64,000 nt of DNA. Origin: Chthoniobacterales bacterium. Its GTDB lineage: Bacteria > Verrucomicrobiota > Verrucomicrobiia > Chthoniobacterales > DYNR01. The stretch lies in NCBI GenBank assembly GCA_026418675.1, contig JAOAAX010000009.1, positions 1,192 through 65,191 on the forward strand, in the 5' to 3' direction. A program made the translations under genes and the position numbers. The notes under the pieces were generated by a model. It was not told where the DNA came from. It did no database searches and saw only the letters and a program-made list of their open reading frames with translations. Positions 1-9,615 of this stretch are shown in pieces (position 1 is the stretch's first letter; every line of letters starts with the position of its first letter).

Positions 1-1189
1 TGTCAAAAAATAGGACGGAAATTACTACGAGAATTCCCGCAATAATTCCAACGAGAATCGCCGGCCACGGGTTGATAGCATCCGCACCTGCTGTGATTCC
101 TACTAAACCAGCTAAGATACCGTTGAGAGCCATAGACAAGTCAGGCTTTCTCAGGAGAACCCAGGATGTCAACGATGCAGCGACACCACCTGCAGCCCCA
201 GCTAATGAAGTAGTAACAAAAACATGAGAAACTCCCACTGGTTCAGCACTTAAGACAGAACCTCCATTAAAGCCATACCATCCCAGGAAAAGCATAAATA
301 CCCCAATCGTAGCCAATGGCATACTATGCCCAAGAATAGGGCGAATTTTCCCGTCGGGAAGATACTTGTTTCTACGAGGTCCAAGGAGCAAAACTGCAGC
401 AAGTGCCGCATAACCTCCAAACGCATGAACGAGGGTAGATCCAGCAAAATCAGCGAAACCCATCTCTTTTAGCCAACCTCCACCCCATTGCCATGAACCC
501 GTAATGGGATAAATAAATGTAACCAAAAGGGTTGCACCTATCATAAAGGGGGCAAGTTTAACTCTTTCAGCAACAGCACCAGACACAATCGTCGCCGCGG
601 TAGCAGCAAACATTGCTTGGAAGATAAAATCTCCCCAGTATGTATATCCAGGGTTATACTCACTCGTTAAATTTGAAACAATAGCATCAGGTTCCGTGAA
701 GCTGTTAGCAATAGGCGATCCTAAAGCGAAAATTTTGCCAATTGTCCAATTATCTCCGGGATACATAGAGTTAAACCCATAGGCCGCATAAGTGAGCATT
801 CCTACGCAAATGATAAATACATTTTTGAAAAGGATGTTTGTTGTGTTTTTTGATTGCGTTAATCCACTTTCCACACAAGCAAAACCCAAATGCATGATAA
901 AAACTAAGGCAGCCGCTATGCAAATCCAAAGATTATTGACCGCAAAAGTGGCATAGTCGGCTGCTTTCCCCTGCCAAAATTTCTCCGTTGGCTTCAATTC
1001 CTCGGCAGGCGCTTGATCCGCGGTAACTTCTACCGTCTCTGCCACTACAATTTGCGTTGTCGAAGCAGATTGTGGCACTGCTTGTTCAGCCCCAGGAGGG
1101 TTTTCTGCAAATGCTGAACTTGCAAATGCTAAGGCTACAGTAAATGTCAGGATTTTTGATATTCGAGTTAGATTTCTTATAATCTGCAT
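1..1189 (-). CDS. amtB: Ammonium transporter (Amt family); C-terminus runs off the window start
   Basis: Own minus-strand translation from ATG at 1189, with AGGAG 8 nt upstream. Signal-like N-terminus, then Amt motifs AMFAATAATIVSGAVAERVKL, DFAGSTLVHAFGGYAALAAVLLLGPR and GWYGFNGGS. The frame stays open to position 1, so it is absent from the ORF track. Confidence 0.9.
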   Translation of the reverse strand, partial: MQIIRNLTRISKILTFTVALAFASSAFAENPPGAEQAVPQSASTTQIVVAETVEVTADQAPAEELKPTEKFWQGKAADYATFAVNNLWICIAAALVFIMHLGFACVESGLTQSKNTTNILFKNVFIICVGMLTYAAYGFNSMYPGDNWTIGKIFALGSPIANSFTEPDAIVSNLTSEYNPGYTYWGDFIFQAMFAATAATIVSGAVAERVKLAPFMIGATLLVTFIYPITGSWQWGGGWLKEMGFADFAGSTLVHAFGGYAALAAVLLLGPRRNKYLPDGKIRPILGHSMPLATIGVFMLFLGWYGFNGGSVLSAEPVGVSHVFVTTSLAGAAGGVAASLTSWVLLRKPDLSMALNGILAGLVGITAGADAINPWPAILVGIIAGILVVISVLFFD

Positions 1190-1252
1190 AAGTTGGACTC
1201 CTTTTTTACGTATAATTTTCGAGTTGTTGTTTGTTTGAAAACACCCACCTGT

Positions 1253-1268
1253 AGCAACTCGTGTGCCA
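1253..1268 (-). promoter_or_regulatory. Sigma-54 (RpoN) -24/-12 promoter upstream of amtB
   Basis: Minus strand reads TGGCAC-ACGAG-TTGCT, a perfect match to TGGCAC-N5-TTGCW. It lies about 65 nt upstream of the amtB ATG. Nitrogen-regulated amtB genes are classic sigma-54 targets. Confidence 0.6.
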
Positions 1269-1368
1269 ATTTTATCTAACTTGCAATATTCCTTGCAAGT
1301 GTTGAAAACATAAACTGCACCCTCATTCGTAGACTATTTCTTTGAAGCCCTATAATAATTTTTTTACA

Positions 1369-2241
1369 ATGACTCATTCCCCAAAAGCGTATCTTACAAA
1401 CCATAAAGGAATAATAAATTTAGATGGAACTCTCAGTAGCGGCCAAGTATTCCATTGGAAGAAGGTTTGTGATGACATATGGGAAGGATTAATTGAAAAC
1501 GAATTTGTTCGGTTAAAACAAACCAACGAAGGTATGCTAGAAGTATTAAAAGGAGATAGGGAAAAAATTTTTCATTATTTTGCACTTGACCACGATTTGG
1601 GATTAATTTACGCTAATTTTCCCAATAGTGATTATACCAACAAAGTAATCGAATTTTGCAGAGGCATCCGTATTATTCGCCAACCTTTCTGGGAGTGTCT
1701 TGCAACATTTCTCTTCTCAACCCAAAAACGAATTTGGCACATCAAACAAATTTCTTGGAACCTTCGTGTCAAATTTGGTGAAGAAATTGAAAATAGTGGT
1801 CATTTTTCTTTCCCAACCGTCGAACAAATTGCCTCTACTCCTGTGGCTGAGCTGGGAAACTGCAAATTAGGCTTTCGGGCCCGATTCCTCTCTGAAACCG
1901 CTAAACAATTACTTTCAAAATACATTTGTGAAGACCAACTTTCCAAAGCACCAACTCCTGAATTAATCAACCAACTTTGCTCTTTACCGGGAGTTGGAAG
2001 GAAAGTTGCTGCATGTGTGGCCTTATTTGCTTTCGGCCGCTTGGAAGCAGTCCCCGTAGATGTATGGATTGAACGTGTTCTGCAAAGAATTTTTCCACAT
2101 TTGGCAAAACACTCGAGAGAAAAATTGGAAAAAGCTGCTTATAAAAAATTTGGCAGGTATGCAGGATATTTCCAACAGTATTTGTTCCATTACGTGCGAA
2201 CTACAAAGGACTTCCCCTCCTCTGCTTCGTTCAACTTCTGA
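1369..2241 (+). CDS. ogg: 8-oxoguanine DNA glycosylase, HhH-GPD superfamily (Ogg1 type)
   Basis: LPGVGRKVAACVALFAF (HhH with catalytic Lys) followed by PVDVWIERV (catalytic Asp). ORF track starts at TTG 1342; the in-frame ATG at 1369 is the more likely start. Confidence 0.8.
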   Translation: MTHSPKAYLTNHKGIINLDGTLSSGQVFHWKKVCDDIWEGLIENEFVRLKQTNEGMLEVLKGDREKIFHYFALDHDLGLIYANFPNSDYTNKVIEFCRGIRIIRQPFWECLATFLFSTQKRIWHIKQISWNLRVKFGEEIENSGHFSFPTVEQIASTPVAELGNCKLGFRARFLSETAKQLLSKYICEDQLSKAPTPELINQLCSLPGVGRKVAACVALFAFGRLEAVPVDVWIERVLQRIFPHLAKHSREKLEKAAYKKFGRYAGYFQQYLFHYVRTTKDFPSSASFNF

Positions 2242-2317
2242 AAATTAAAAAATTGCTGAAAGAAATTGCAATGACTCCCCATTTTATTAACCTCCTCGTT
2301 AAAAACTAAAAAAGCTA

Positions 2318-3409
2318 ATGCAGCTTTCTTTCAGCCAAGCCAGTATTCTTCAGATACGGCGCCAACGCGAAAAAGTCGAGTTTCTACTTGCAAACTTTCT
2401 CTCTCTCCTAGCACATCTATTAATTTTCAGCCTTTTTAATATCAGTATCTTGCAAATTTTCAACAAGAAAACTTCAACTAACCCAATTGAAATAATTGAA
2501 TTTCAATTAGAACCAATTAAAGAACAAATTAAACAAACCCGAGATTTTATTGATAGTTCCGGATTATCGCTAGCAGAAAAACCTCCCAATGATGCTCAAT
2601 TTGAATCCGATCGCAATACCATCGCAGCCTCAGAAAAACAAGGTTCTGGTCCAGCTTGGCTTCCAAAAATAGAAGGCCATAATACGCCATTCCTGGAATT
2701 GGAGGAATCAGAATTATCTTTCGAAAACAATCAGAAACTCAAATCAAACACTATCGTTACAAGCGAAATCCTTCCTTCTCATTCTCATAACGAGCATGTC
2801 ATCGAAAATCCTAACTCCGTTTCACAACAAACTTTAAAACAATCCATAGCAAGCGAATCAATAACGCAAATGGAAATTGTTCCAAAAGACAAGGAATTAG
2901 AAATTCATACAAAAAATATAGAGAATACATCAATCGAATTACCTACGAAGGTCGAGTTAGAAAACTTACAACCATCAATCCAGCAGCCTTTATCACAAAT
3001 AAAACCCTCCCCAACAAACGAATCTACTTACCAACCTCAGAAAAGAATATCTCGCATAGAAGGTGGCATCAGTAACCGCGGTAAAAGTTCCGTAAGTGCT
3101 GTTGGCACACCACTCGGCAAATACAAAAAAGCTCTAACCGATGCTATTGGTTCTAGATGGTATTTTTATATTAAGCAAAATTTAAGTTTGATGACAGTAG
3201 GAACAGCAATTATTCGTTTTTATGTTATGCCATCCGGTAAAGTTTCTGGTGTAAAAGTTCTATCTAACACTTCAAGCGAAAGCTTCGCTTCTGTCAGCAT
3301 ACGTGCCATAGTGGATGCAGAAATACCTCCAATGCCACCAGAAGTAGCTGAATTGCTCGAAAACAATAGAATAGAGGTGGACTATACATTCTCTATTTTT
3401 TCTAACTAA
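2318..3409 (+). CDS. TonB-family energy transducer (N-terminal TM anchor, long linker, TonB C-terminal domain)
   Basis: N-terminal hydrophobic helix, and a C-terminal block (YKKALTDAIGSRWYFY...IIRFYVMPSGKVSGVKVL...IEVDYTFSI) resembling the TonB_C fold. Sits directly upstream of exbB/exbD. Confidence 0.65.
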   Translation: MQLSFSQASILQIRRQREKVEFLLANFLSLLAHLLIFSLFNISILQIFNKKTSTNPIEIIEFQLEPIKEQIKQTRDFIDSSGLSLAEKPPNDAQFESDRNTIAASEKQGSGPAWLPKIEGHNTPFLELEESELSFENNQKLKSNTIVTSEILPSHSHNEHVIENPNSVSQQTLKQSIASESITQMEIVPKDKELEIHTKNIENTSIELPTKVELENLQPSIQQPLSQIKPSPTNESTYQPQKRISRIEGGISNRGKSSVSAVGTPLGKYKKALTDAIGSRWYFYIKQNLSLMTVGTAIIRFYVMPSGKVSGVKVLSNTSSESFASVSIRAIVDAEIPPMPPEVAELLENNRIEVDYTFSIFSN

Positions 3410-3445
3410 ACTTTTTTGCCCCGATTCAACTTTTCCCAAATAGCT

Positions 3446-4090
3446 ATGATTGACTTCTTTCTTCAAGGCGGAATCTTTATGTTTTTTTTAGTTGCTCTTT
3501 CTATTTTGGCACTAGGGGTAATAATTTGGCGAGGTTATGCACTTCGAAGGAGTGCAGTTTTGCCTCAAAACTTAATCGAAGCGATTGAAAAATTTCGCCC
3601 AGAAGAACCACCAACAAAGCTACTCCAGCTTGTAGATAAACAAACGGCTCCCCTTGCAATTGTCATTCGAGTCCTCTTAGGACACATCCATTGGCCTATT
3701 GAAGAAGCAAGAGAAGCCGTCCAAACTACTGCCCGCAGGGAAATCGCTCACCTCGAGAAAGGCCTAGTGTTTCTCGAAATGGCAACTGGTGTAGCTCCCC
3801 TCTTCGGTTTATTAGGGACACTTTCAGGTTTAGTCAACGTCTTTGCAAACTTAGGAGAAGGAGGAGACCCTGCTCAGGTAGCACGCGGTATTTCTGAGGC
3901 TCTCAACACAACAATTGTCGGGCTCTCAGTGGCAGCTCCAAGTCTCGTAGCTTATCACTATTTTGTAAGGAAAGTCGAAATGATGAGCATTGAAATGGAG
4001 TCCCTCCTCGGGGATTTAGTTATCAAACTTTTTCAGCTTCAAAAACAAACCTCTAATCAAACGAAAAAAACAACTCATCTAGAAGAATGA
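3446..4090 (+). CDS. exbB: MotA/TolQ/ExbB proton-channel protein
   Basis: Three TM segments and a conserved C-terminal half (GVAPLFGLLGTLSGLV...ISEALNTTIVGLSVAAPSLVAYHYF). ORF track starts at 3416; ATG at 3446 is the likely start. Confidence 0.85.
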   Translation: MIDFFLQGGIFMFFLVALSILALGVIIWRGYALRRSAVLPQNLIEAIEKFRPEEPPTKLLQLVDKQTAPLAIVIRVLLGHIHWPIEEAREAVQTTARREIAHLEKGLVFLEMATGVAPLFGLLGTLSGLVNVFANLGEGGDPAQVARGISEALNTTIVGLSVAAPSLVAYHYFVRKVEMMSIEMESLLGDLVIKLFQLQKQTSNQTKKTTHLEE

Positions 4091-4118
4091 TTAATTTTAA
4101 AAGATATTCACGTCAGGA

Positions 4119-4553
4119 ATGAAATTCTACCAGAAAACTCGACATCCCCCTGTTCCAATGATCTTACCTCTAATAGACATTCTTGCTATACTTCTTGTCT
4201 TCTTTATCGTAACCACGACTTTTAAAAAACCAGAACCGCGTATTAAAATCCGACTCCCCGAGTCCGCTACAGCTACAGAAGACCACAAACAACGTTCAGA
4301 ATTAATCGTTCTCACAGTTCTAAATGAACAGAATATAGAACTTAATGGCAGGCCCATTAAGCTGGAGGATTTAATCCCAACTTTGCGTAGTACACGAGAA
4401 ACAAACCCTCAAAAAGCATTCGCTTTAAAAGCCGACCGACAAGCACCTTTTGGACTTATTGTAAAAATAATGGACGCACTGCGAATTGCTGGTATCCCGA
4501 ATGTTTCAGCTTTCGCAGAAGCAACTCAAAATAAAGAACAACCTCAAAAATGA
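4119..4553 (+). CDS. exbD: ExbD/TolR biopolymer transport protein
   Basis: Single N-terminal TM (PLIDILAILLVFFIVTT) plus a periplasmic domain. Immediately follows exbB. Confidence 0.85.
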   Translation: MKFYQKTRHPPVPMILPLIDILAILLVFFIVTTTFKKPEPRIKIRLPESATATEDHKQRSELIVLTVLNEQNIELNGRPIKLEDLIPTLRSTRETNPQKAFALKADRQAPFGLIVKIMDALRIAGIPNVSAFAEATQNKEQPQK

Positions 4554-5113
4554 TCTTGGAGATCGTTAAATATGGCCATCCAGCCCTAAGAGCTCGTGGA
4601 GCAAGAATCAAAAAAGTAGATCAGCGCATACGGGAACTAGCAGCGAACATGATAGAAACGATGATCGCTGCTGACGGTTGTGGATTAGCTGCTCAGCAAA
4701 TCGGGATTCCCCTTCGACTTTGTGTTGTGGATATTCGTGAAGTCCAAAACCGCCCCAGCCGCATGTGGATCAATAGCAACGAGGTTGATCCAAATAAGTT
4801 TATGCCACTTGTCCTCATTAACCCTGAAGTCGAAACTTTGGGCAGCGAAGAAGCTGGAACCGAAGGCTGCCTCAGCTTACCAGGAATAACAGCGGAAATC
4901 TTACGCCCAGCTAGAGTCAAAGTCACCGCAACAAACTTGGAAGAAGAGACAATTCAATTCGAAGCCGCTGGTTTGCTCTCACGCGCCATCCAACATGAGT
5001 TTGATCACCTTAATGGCGTTCTCTTTATTGATCGAATGGACCTCAAGACACGGGAAGCAGTTCAGCCATTATTAGATAAAATTACCCCTAATAAGAGTCA
5101 TTTTCTCCATTAA
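4550..5113 (+). CDS. def: Peptide deformylase
   Basis: Motifs GLAAQQIG, EGCLSLPG and HEFDHLNG. There is a 4-nt overlap with exbD. Confidence 0.93.
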   Translation: MILEIVKYGHPALRARGARIKKVDQRIRELAANMIETMIAADGCGLAAQQIGIPLRLCVVDIREVQNRPSRMWINSNEVDPNKFMPLVLINPEVETLGSEEAGTEGCLSLPGITAEILRPARVKVTATNLEEETIQFEAAGLLSRAIQHEFDHLNGVLFIDRMDLKTREAVQPLLDKITPNKSHFLH

Positions 5114-5119
5114 TCAAAT

Positions 5120-5707
5120 TCATTTTTTTTGAGAAAAGTTTTCAAGCAGTCTCAAGATCGAAGGAGCTAATGTAAAAAGTAAAACTGCATTAGTTATGGC
5201 ATGCGCAGCATCATAAGGGAAACTGAGGATATTTGCTGCTATAAACGTTTGAAGACTTAACGGAGAATAATAGAAGAGCCAGGAGTAAAAATTCAAAAGC
5301 AAGGCAGCAAAAAAAGCACAAGCAACTCCCAAAAAAGCCATTCCCCAGCGTGTTGGACTGGGTATTAATTTTTTAAACACGCCAGCCAACAAACCACAAC
5401 AACCCCAAGCTATCATTTGCCACGGAGTCCATGGACCATGGCCAAGAAAAAAATTTGTAACCAATGCAGCAGCAAAGCCACAGGACATACCAGCCCGTGA
5501 ACCCAAATGAAGCCCCGAAATAATCACAAAAAAAGTTGTGAACTGAAATCCGGGAATTGCAGCAAAAGGAAGTCTCCCCAAAACAGCAAACGAAGTTAAA
5601 ACCGATAAAACCGCAATATCTTTGGAATTCCAACGGCCAGATTCGACTATTAACGCCGCGATTACCAAAATCCCCAGCAAAAAAATCCCTATTAGGGTAA
5701 CGATCAC
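5120..5707 (-). CDS. Polytopic inner-membrane protein, possibly an ECF-transporter S-component-like protein (function uncertain)
   Basis: 195 aa with 5-6 hydrophobic helices. The resemblance to vitamin S-component proteins is only a general impression. Confidence 0.4.
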   Translation of the reverse strand: MIVTLIGIFLLGILVIAALIVESGRWNSKDIAVLSVLTSFAVLGRLPFAAIPGFQFTTFFVIISGLHLGSRAGMSCGFAAALVTNFFLGHGPWTPWQMIAWGCCGLLAGVFKKLIPSPTRWGMAFLGVACAFFAALLLNFYSWLFYYSPLSLQTFIAANILSFPYDAAHAITNAVLLFTLAPSILRLLENFSQKK

Positions 5708-5722
5708 TTCCCAAAGCGCTCC

Positions 5723-6808
5723 TTACCTCTTAGTTAAAAAACCAACCAGCTCAATTTCCGCTGTCTGGGGGAACATGTCGAATATTTCAACGCTTTCAAG
5801 TTGCCAATTTATACTTAATCGAACCAAATCCCGTGAAAAAGTTGCAGGATTACAGCTCACATAAATAATTTTTACAAAATTCATTTCTAAAATTTCCTTA
5901 ACAACGGATTTAGATAGTCCAGATTCCGGAGGATCCAAAAGCAGAAAAGCGTTCCGATTTTTAATATATGGCTTCAGTTTTGGGATTTCTTCATCCACAT
6001 TTCCTACTATCCAATTACAATTTGGAATCTCTAACAATTTGGCTGCTGCAATCGCACGAGCATTCCAATCTATCCCATAAACTTCTTTAAATTTTGAAGC
6101 AGCCTTTTCACTCAAAAAACCACATCCACAGTAAGCATCAAGTAGAACCTCTCCACCGGCCTCTAATTCCGAAGTAACAGAACTCCTTAATATTTCTGCT
6201 ACTTCATCATTAACCTGTCGAAAACCACTATATGCTTTGTGTCTCGAGTTCCATAAAGTCTGATGACCATTCCGAAGCCTCCGCCTTAAACACAATTCCC
6301 AGAGTTTATTATTAACTTCTTCATCCGCTAATAGACAACTTGTCACAGAAATAACCCTCTTGGGACGATCTTTTGAAAAAAAACCGACTTTCCCATCCCT
6401 TATATGGACAGTTACTCGATTTCTGTATCCATAATGTTTAGGGCTTGGCACAACTCTTCGAATTTTTATGCCATCTATTTTTGCTATCTTTTTGATGATT
6501 TCTTCAACTTGCCGAGTTTTTAACGCAACTTGCATTTCATACGGAATATGCTGGTAGACACAACCACCGCATAATTGATACCACTGGCATGGCGGAATAA
6601 TCCTTGCAGGATTCTCTTCTACAACTTTAAGGAGCTTTCCAATCACATAATCTTTCTTTTCTTCCGCTGCCTCCGCAACAATCAGCTCACCTTGCAGGAC
6701 ATAAGGCACAAACCATATTTTTCCCTTACATCGCCCTAGCCCCCATCCACCAAACACAATTTCCTCGATCCTGATTTCTACAAATTCTTGAGAAACCATA
6801 AATGCCAA
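5723..6808 (-). CDS. RumA/TrmA-family SAM-dependent RNA (uracil-5)-methyltransferase with TRAM domain
   Basis: N-terminal TRAM-like domain, Fe-S Cys cluster CQWYQLCGGCVYQH, and C-terminal LLLDPPESGL...YVSCNPATFSRD...FDMFPQTAEIE. Confidence 0.85.
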   Translation of the reverse strand: MAFMVSQEFVEIRIEEIVFGGWGLGRCKGKIWFVPYVLQGELIVAEAAEEKKDYVIGKLLKVVEENPARIIPPCQWYQLCGGCVYQHIPYEMQVALKTRQVEEIIKKIAKIDGIKIRRVVPSPKHYGYRNRVTVHIRDGKVGFFSKDRPKRVISVTSCLLADEEVNNKLWELCLRRRLRNGHQTLWNSRHKAYSGFRQVNDEVAEILRSSVTSELEAGGEVLLDAYCGCGFLSEKAASKFKEVYGIDWNARAIAAAKLLEIPNCNWIVGNVDEEIPKLKPYIKNRNAFLLLDPPESGLSKSVVKEILEMNFVKIIYVSCNPATFSRDLVRLSINWQLESVEIFDMFPQTAEIELVGFLTKR

Positions 6809-6841
6809 CTTATCATTTTTAAATCACTTCCTTGCCTATCT

Positions 6842-7804
6842 TCAATTTTCCCTATTGGTAAGAGCAGGAATGTTGCTGAGATGTGCTCGAAACCTAAGAA
6901 TACGAACAAGTAAGCGACTACTGAAAACCCAGTCAAAAAAAGCAAGGAAAATAGCAGGCAAAAGCAAAGGGTTTCTCCATGGAGCGAGTAAAAACGAACG
7001 TAGTAATGCTGAACAGCCACCCGAATTTTTCCCATAAAAGAATTGGTTTCTTGCAACGTTCTCCCAATGTTGAGAAGTAGCACATAGAAAATGAAGCATG
7101 CCATATCTCATGAATTCCTTTTCATGCTTCTTGAGAAAACGTCGCGTGGCTTCGAATGTTAAAAAAGGATTTGTTGGTTGGTTTTCATAAATATTTGCCA
7201 GTGGCTCCTCAATAACATGAATTGGGTGATGGATAGCTATTCGAAGACACCAGTCCCAGTCCTCTAAGACCCGCAGTGACTCATCTTGATACCCTACAGT
7301 TTTGAGAATCCAACGAGGTGCAACAGTTGTGCTGGCTCCATGAAATGGTTGGGAGCTATGTAAAACCCGACGCCAATCGGTGCTATTTTTTACAATACGT
7401 TCGATCGTTCGCCCGTCGCTTAAGATAAATTTGCAGGATGTAGCACATAGCCCAAAACGGGAATTTCTTTCCAAAAAACCGATTTGACGATCTAATTTTC
7501 CGCTCAGCCACTCATCGTCAGAATCTAAAAAAGCAACATATTTGCCTGTTGCTCTTTGAAGAGCTACGTTTCGCGCAGAGGCAGGACCAGAATTCTCTGG
7601 TAGCCGAAGCACACAAACCCTCGAATCCATCCTAGCAGCGACTTCGGCTGTCCCATCGGTCGAGGCGTCATCAGCTACCAGAATCTCGATATTTTCCAGC
7701 CCCTGTTCAAAAACGGAGCGAATTGCTCGCTCGATAGTTGCCCGGCGATTGTAAGCCGGTAGAATTACACTCACTAATACTGTCTTTTCTTTTGTTTTAG
7801 ACAA
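6842..7804 (-). CDS. Family 2 glycosyltransferase
   Basis: VSVILPAYNRRATIERAIRSV...LVADDASTDGT...FLDSDDEW, the typical GT-A/GT2 signature. Confidence 0.85.
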   Translation of the reverse strand: MSKTKEKTVLVSVILPAYNRRATIERAIRSVFEQGLENIEILVADDASTDGTAEVAARMDSRVCVLRLPENSGPASARNVALQRATGKYVAFLDSDDEWLSGKLDRQIGFLERNSRFGLCATSCKFILSDGRTIERIVKNSTDWRRVLHSSQPFHGASTTVAPRWILKTVGYQDESLRVLEDWDWCLRIAIHHPIHVIEEPLANIYENQPTNPFLTFEATRRFLKKHEKEFMRYGMLHFLCATSQHWENVARNQFFYGKNSGGCSALLRSFLLAPWRNPLLLPAIFLAFFDWVFSSRLLVRILRFRAHLSNIPALTNREN

Positions 7805-7816
7805 ATAAATCAGAAA

Positions 7817-8212
7817 TTAAGCTTTTTCCGGCAAGACAGCAATCGCATCTATCTCGACATCCATTCCCAGCAGCTGGCAACCAATCGTCGTGCGAGCAGG
7901 TTTGTGGTCACCAAAAAAAGCCTGATAGATTTTGTTCATTTCACGAAATGTTTCCGGGGTAAGCTCCGAGAGAAATATCCTGCAACTGACTACATGATTC
8001 CGGTCAGTTCCAGCAGCTTTCAAGACTTTATCGAGATTGGCAAGGGTGAGAGCAGTTTGCTCAGCAATTGTGCCCCGATGGATGCCATGCATCTCAGGAC
8101 TCCAAGGAGTTTGCCCACTTACAAAAACAAAATTGCCAACAACAACTGCTGGTGAATAGGGGCCAAGCGCTGGCGGACCGCCCGGAATTTGCGATATTCG
8201 CTTGATGCTCAT
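7817..8212 (-). CDS. ridA: RidA/YjgF-family reactive intermediate deaminase
   Basis: 131 aa with GPYSPAVVVGNFVFVSGQ...PARTTIGCQLLGMDVEIDAIA, the typical RidA pattern. Confidence 0.88.
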   Translation of the reverse strand: MSIKRISQIPGGPPALGPYSPAVVVGNFVFVSGQTPWSPEMHGIHRGTIAEQTALTLANLDKVLKAAGTDRNHVVSCRIFLSELTPETFREMNKIYQAFFGDHKPARTTIGCQLLGMDVEIDAIAVLPEKA

Positions 8213-8328
8213 ACCTGAATGAGAATCGCCAGTTTTCCCTTATCTTGCAACCGAAAAGCCCTCATTAAAGTAAATTCAAAATTTTTCTCTTTGTGATAAC
8301 CACAAATTCGAGGTAACCTATTCACAGT

Positions 8329-8754
8329 ATGAAGCCAACTATTTTTTTGACATTGATGGCAATAATTTGGGGATACACAGTCTCATTCGCCGATATACAT
8401 CAACCCCCATCGGCAGACTACGGACCAACAAGAAAACTGGGACGCGCCATCAATAACATGGCTTTAGGTTCAATTGACGTCCTCGCTGTCATGTCCAACA
8501 CGAATTACCTCGAAGGAAATTCAGAAGCTTCAACTTATGGTGCAATCAAAGGGTTGGGACGTGCCTTAGCTCGTTTAGGTTTGGGTGTTTATGAATTCCT
8601 TTTGTTCCCTATCCCAACAAACAAAGGAACATATTATCCTCCTTATCGCCTATCAGTTCCTTGGACACTCTCCGGTTTCGACGAATTTCCTCCTGAATTA
8701 GGATTTGAAACCCGTTACAATTACAGCCGTCTTTATCCAATGACTCCTTGGTAA
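8329..8754 (+). CDS. Secreted small protein resembling the exosortase-system-associated TIGR04073 family
   Basis: Signal peptide, then RKLGRAINNMALGSIDVL...GAIKGLGRALARLGLGVYEFLLFPIP. This matches my recollection of the TIGR04073 pattern and was not verified by search. Confidence 0.5.
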   Translation: MKPTIFLTLMAIIWGYTVSFADIHQPPSADYGPTRKLGRAINNMALGSIDVLAVMSNTNYLEGNSEASTYGAIKGLGRALARLGLGVYEFLLFPIPTNKGTYYPPYRLSVPWTLSGFDEFPPELGFETRYNYSRLYPMTPW

Positions 8755-8814
8755 TGTTTTTAACCAAGGACGTCTATTGTTTCCCTTTCCAGCCAATAAG
8801 GGAATATTGCTGAA

Positions 8815-9591
8815 ATGTTTCCAACTAAGGGGGAACATAACAAAACAAATCATCTGAAGAAATTTCATCAATCCTTTTACTCTCTTCTTCTTGCTGTCTT
8901 TTTTTTCCCCCTAACTTCATGCGAAAAACTTTCATCTTCACACTCGCAAAGCCGATTCGAGGACGCCGCTAGGGCCTTACAGATAAAAGATTACAACCAA
9001 GCTATCCGAATTTACGAAAGTCTCCTGTCAAGAAACGAGGCTGCAGCAGAGGCTCATTATCATCTAGCTGTCATCTACGAAACCCATTTAAAAGAGCCTT
9101 TCTCTGCCTACCATCACTATCAACAATACTTAAAATTAGCAAACTCACAGAAACACACTGAAGAAGTCAATAAATCAATACAACGCCTCCAAGAAGCAAT
9201 CGCTACCCGTTTAAATGAAAGCGGTCTCATCTCCAAAGAAGAAGCTATCCGTATTCGTAACGAAAACAATCAGTTACGAAAAGAGATAGCTCAACTGAGA
9301 GAACAACTCATAAACGCAAAGCGATCTTCCTCCCATTCTGAAAATACAACAAAAACAAAATTACTACTAGATAAATCAGGTTTTTCAAAAATTCCTCAAA
9401 CCCGCGAAGCGGAAAAAGCAGTTGGCACAGAAACAAGAACCTATACAGTTCAAAAAGGCGATACGTTAGCAAGCATCTCTCGAAAATTTTACAAAACTAC
9501 CGCCCGTTGGAAGGATATAGCAGACGCAAACTTCAACCAATTACAAGGAAACACAAACCTCCGGGAAGGACAAATATTAATAATTCCTTAG
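8815..9591 (+). CDS. Lipoprotein with TPR-like and coiled-coil region and a C-terminal LysM domain
   Basis: Lipobox-like LTSC. C-terminal YTVQKGDTLASISRKFY...WKDIADAN...LREGQILIIP is a LysM motif. Confidence 0.7.
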   Translation: MFPTKGEHNKTNHLKKFHQSFYSLLLAVFFFPLTSCEKLSSSHSQSRFEDAARALQIKDYNQAIRIYESLLSRNEAAAEAHYHLAVIYETHLKEPFSAYHHYQQYLKLANSQKHTEEVNKSIQRLQEAIATRLNESGLISKEEAIRIRNENNQLRKEIAQLREQLINAKRSSSHSENTTKTKLLLDKSGFSKIPQTREAEKAVGTETRTYTVQKGDTLASISRKFYKTTARWKDIADANFNQLQGNTNLREGQILIIP

Positions 9592-9615
9592 ATTTTAGTT
9601 ATTAGTAACTTGCTT

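Noticed and set aside
5373-7104. Alternative-frame ORFs overlapping annotated genes (5373..5714, 6778..7104, 6855..7037 and many similar throughout the track)
   Set aside because: They are shadow ORFs within or antisense to genes with clear family motifs. No independent signals support them.
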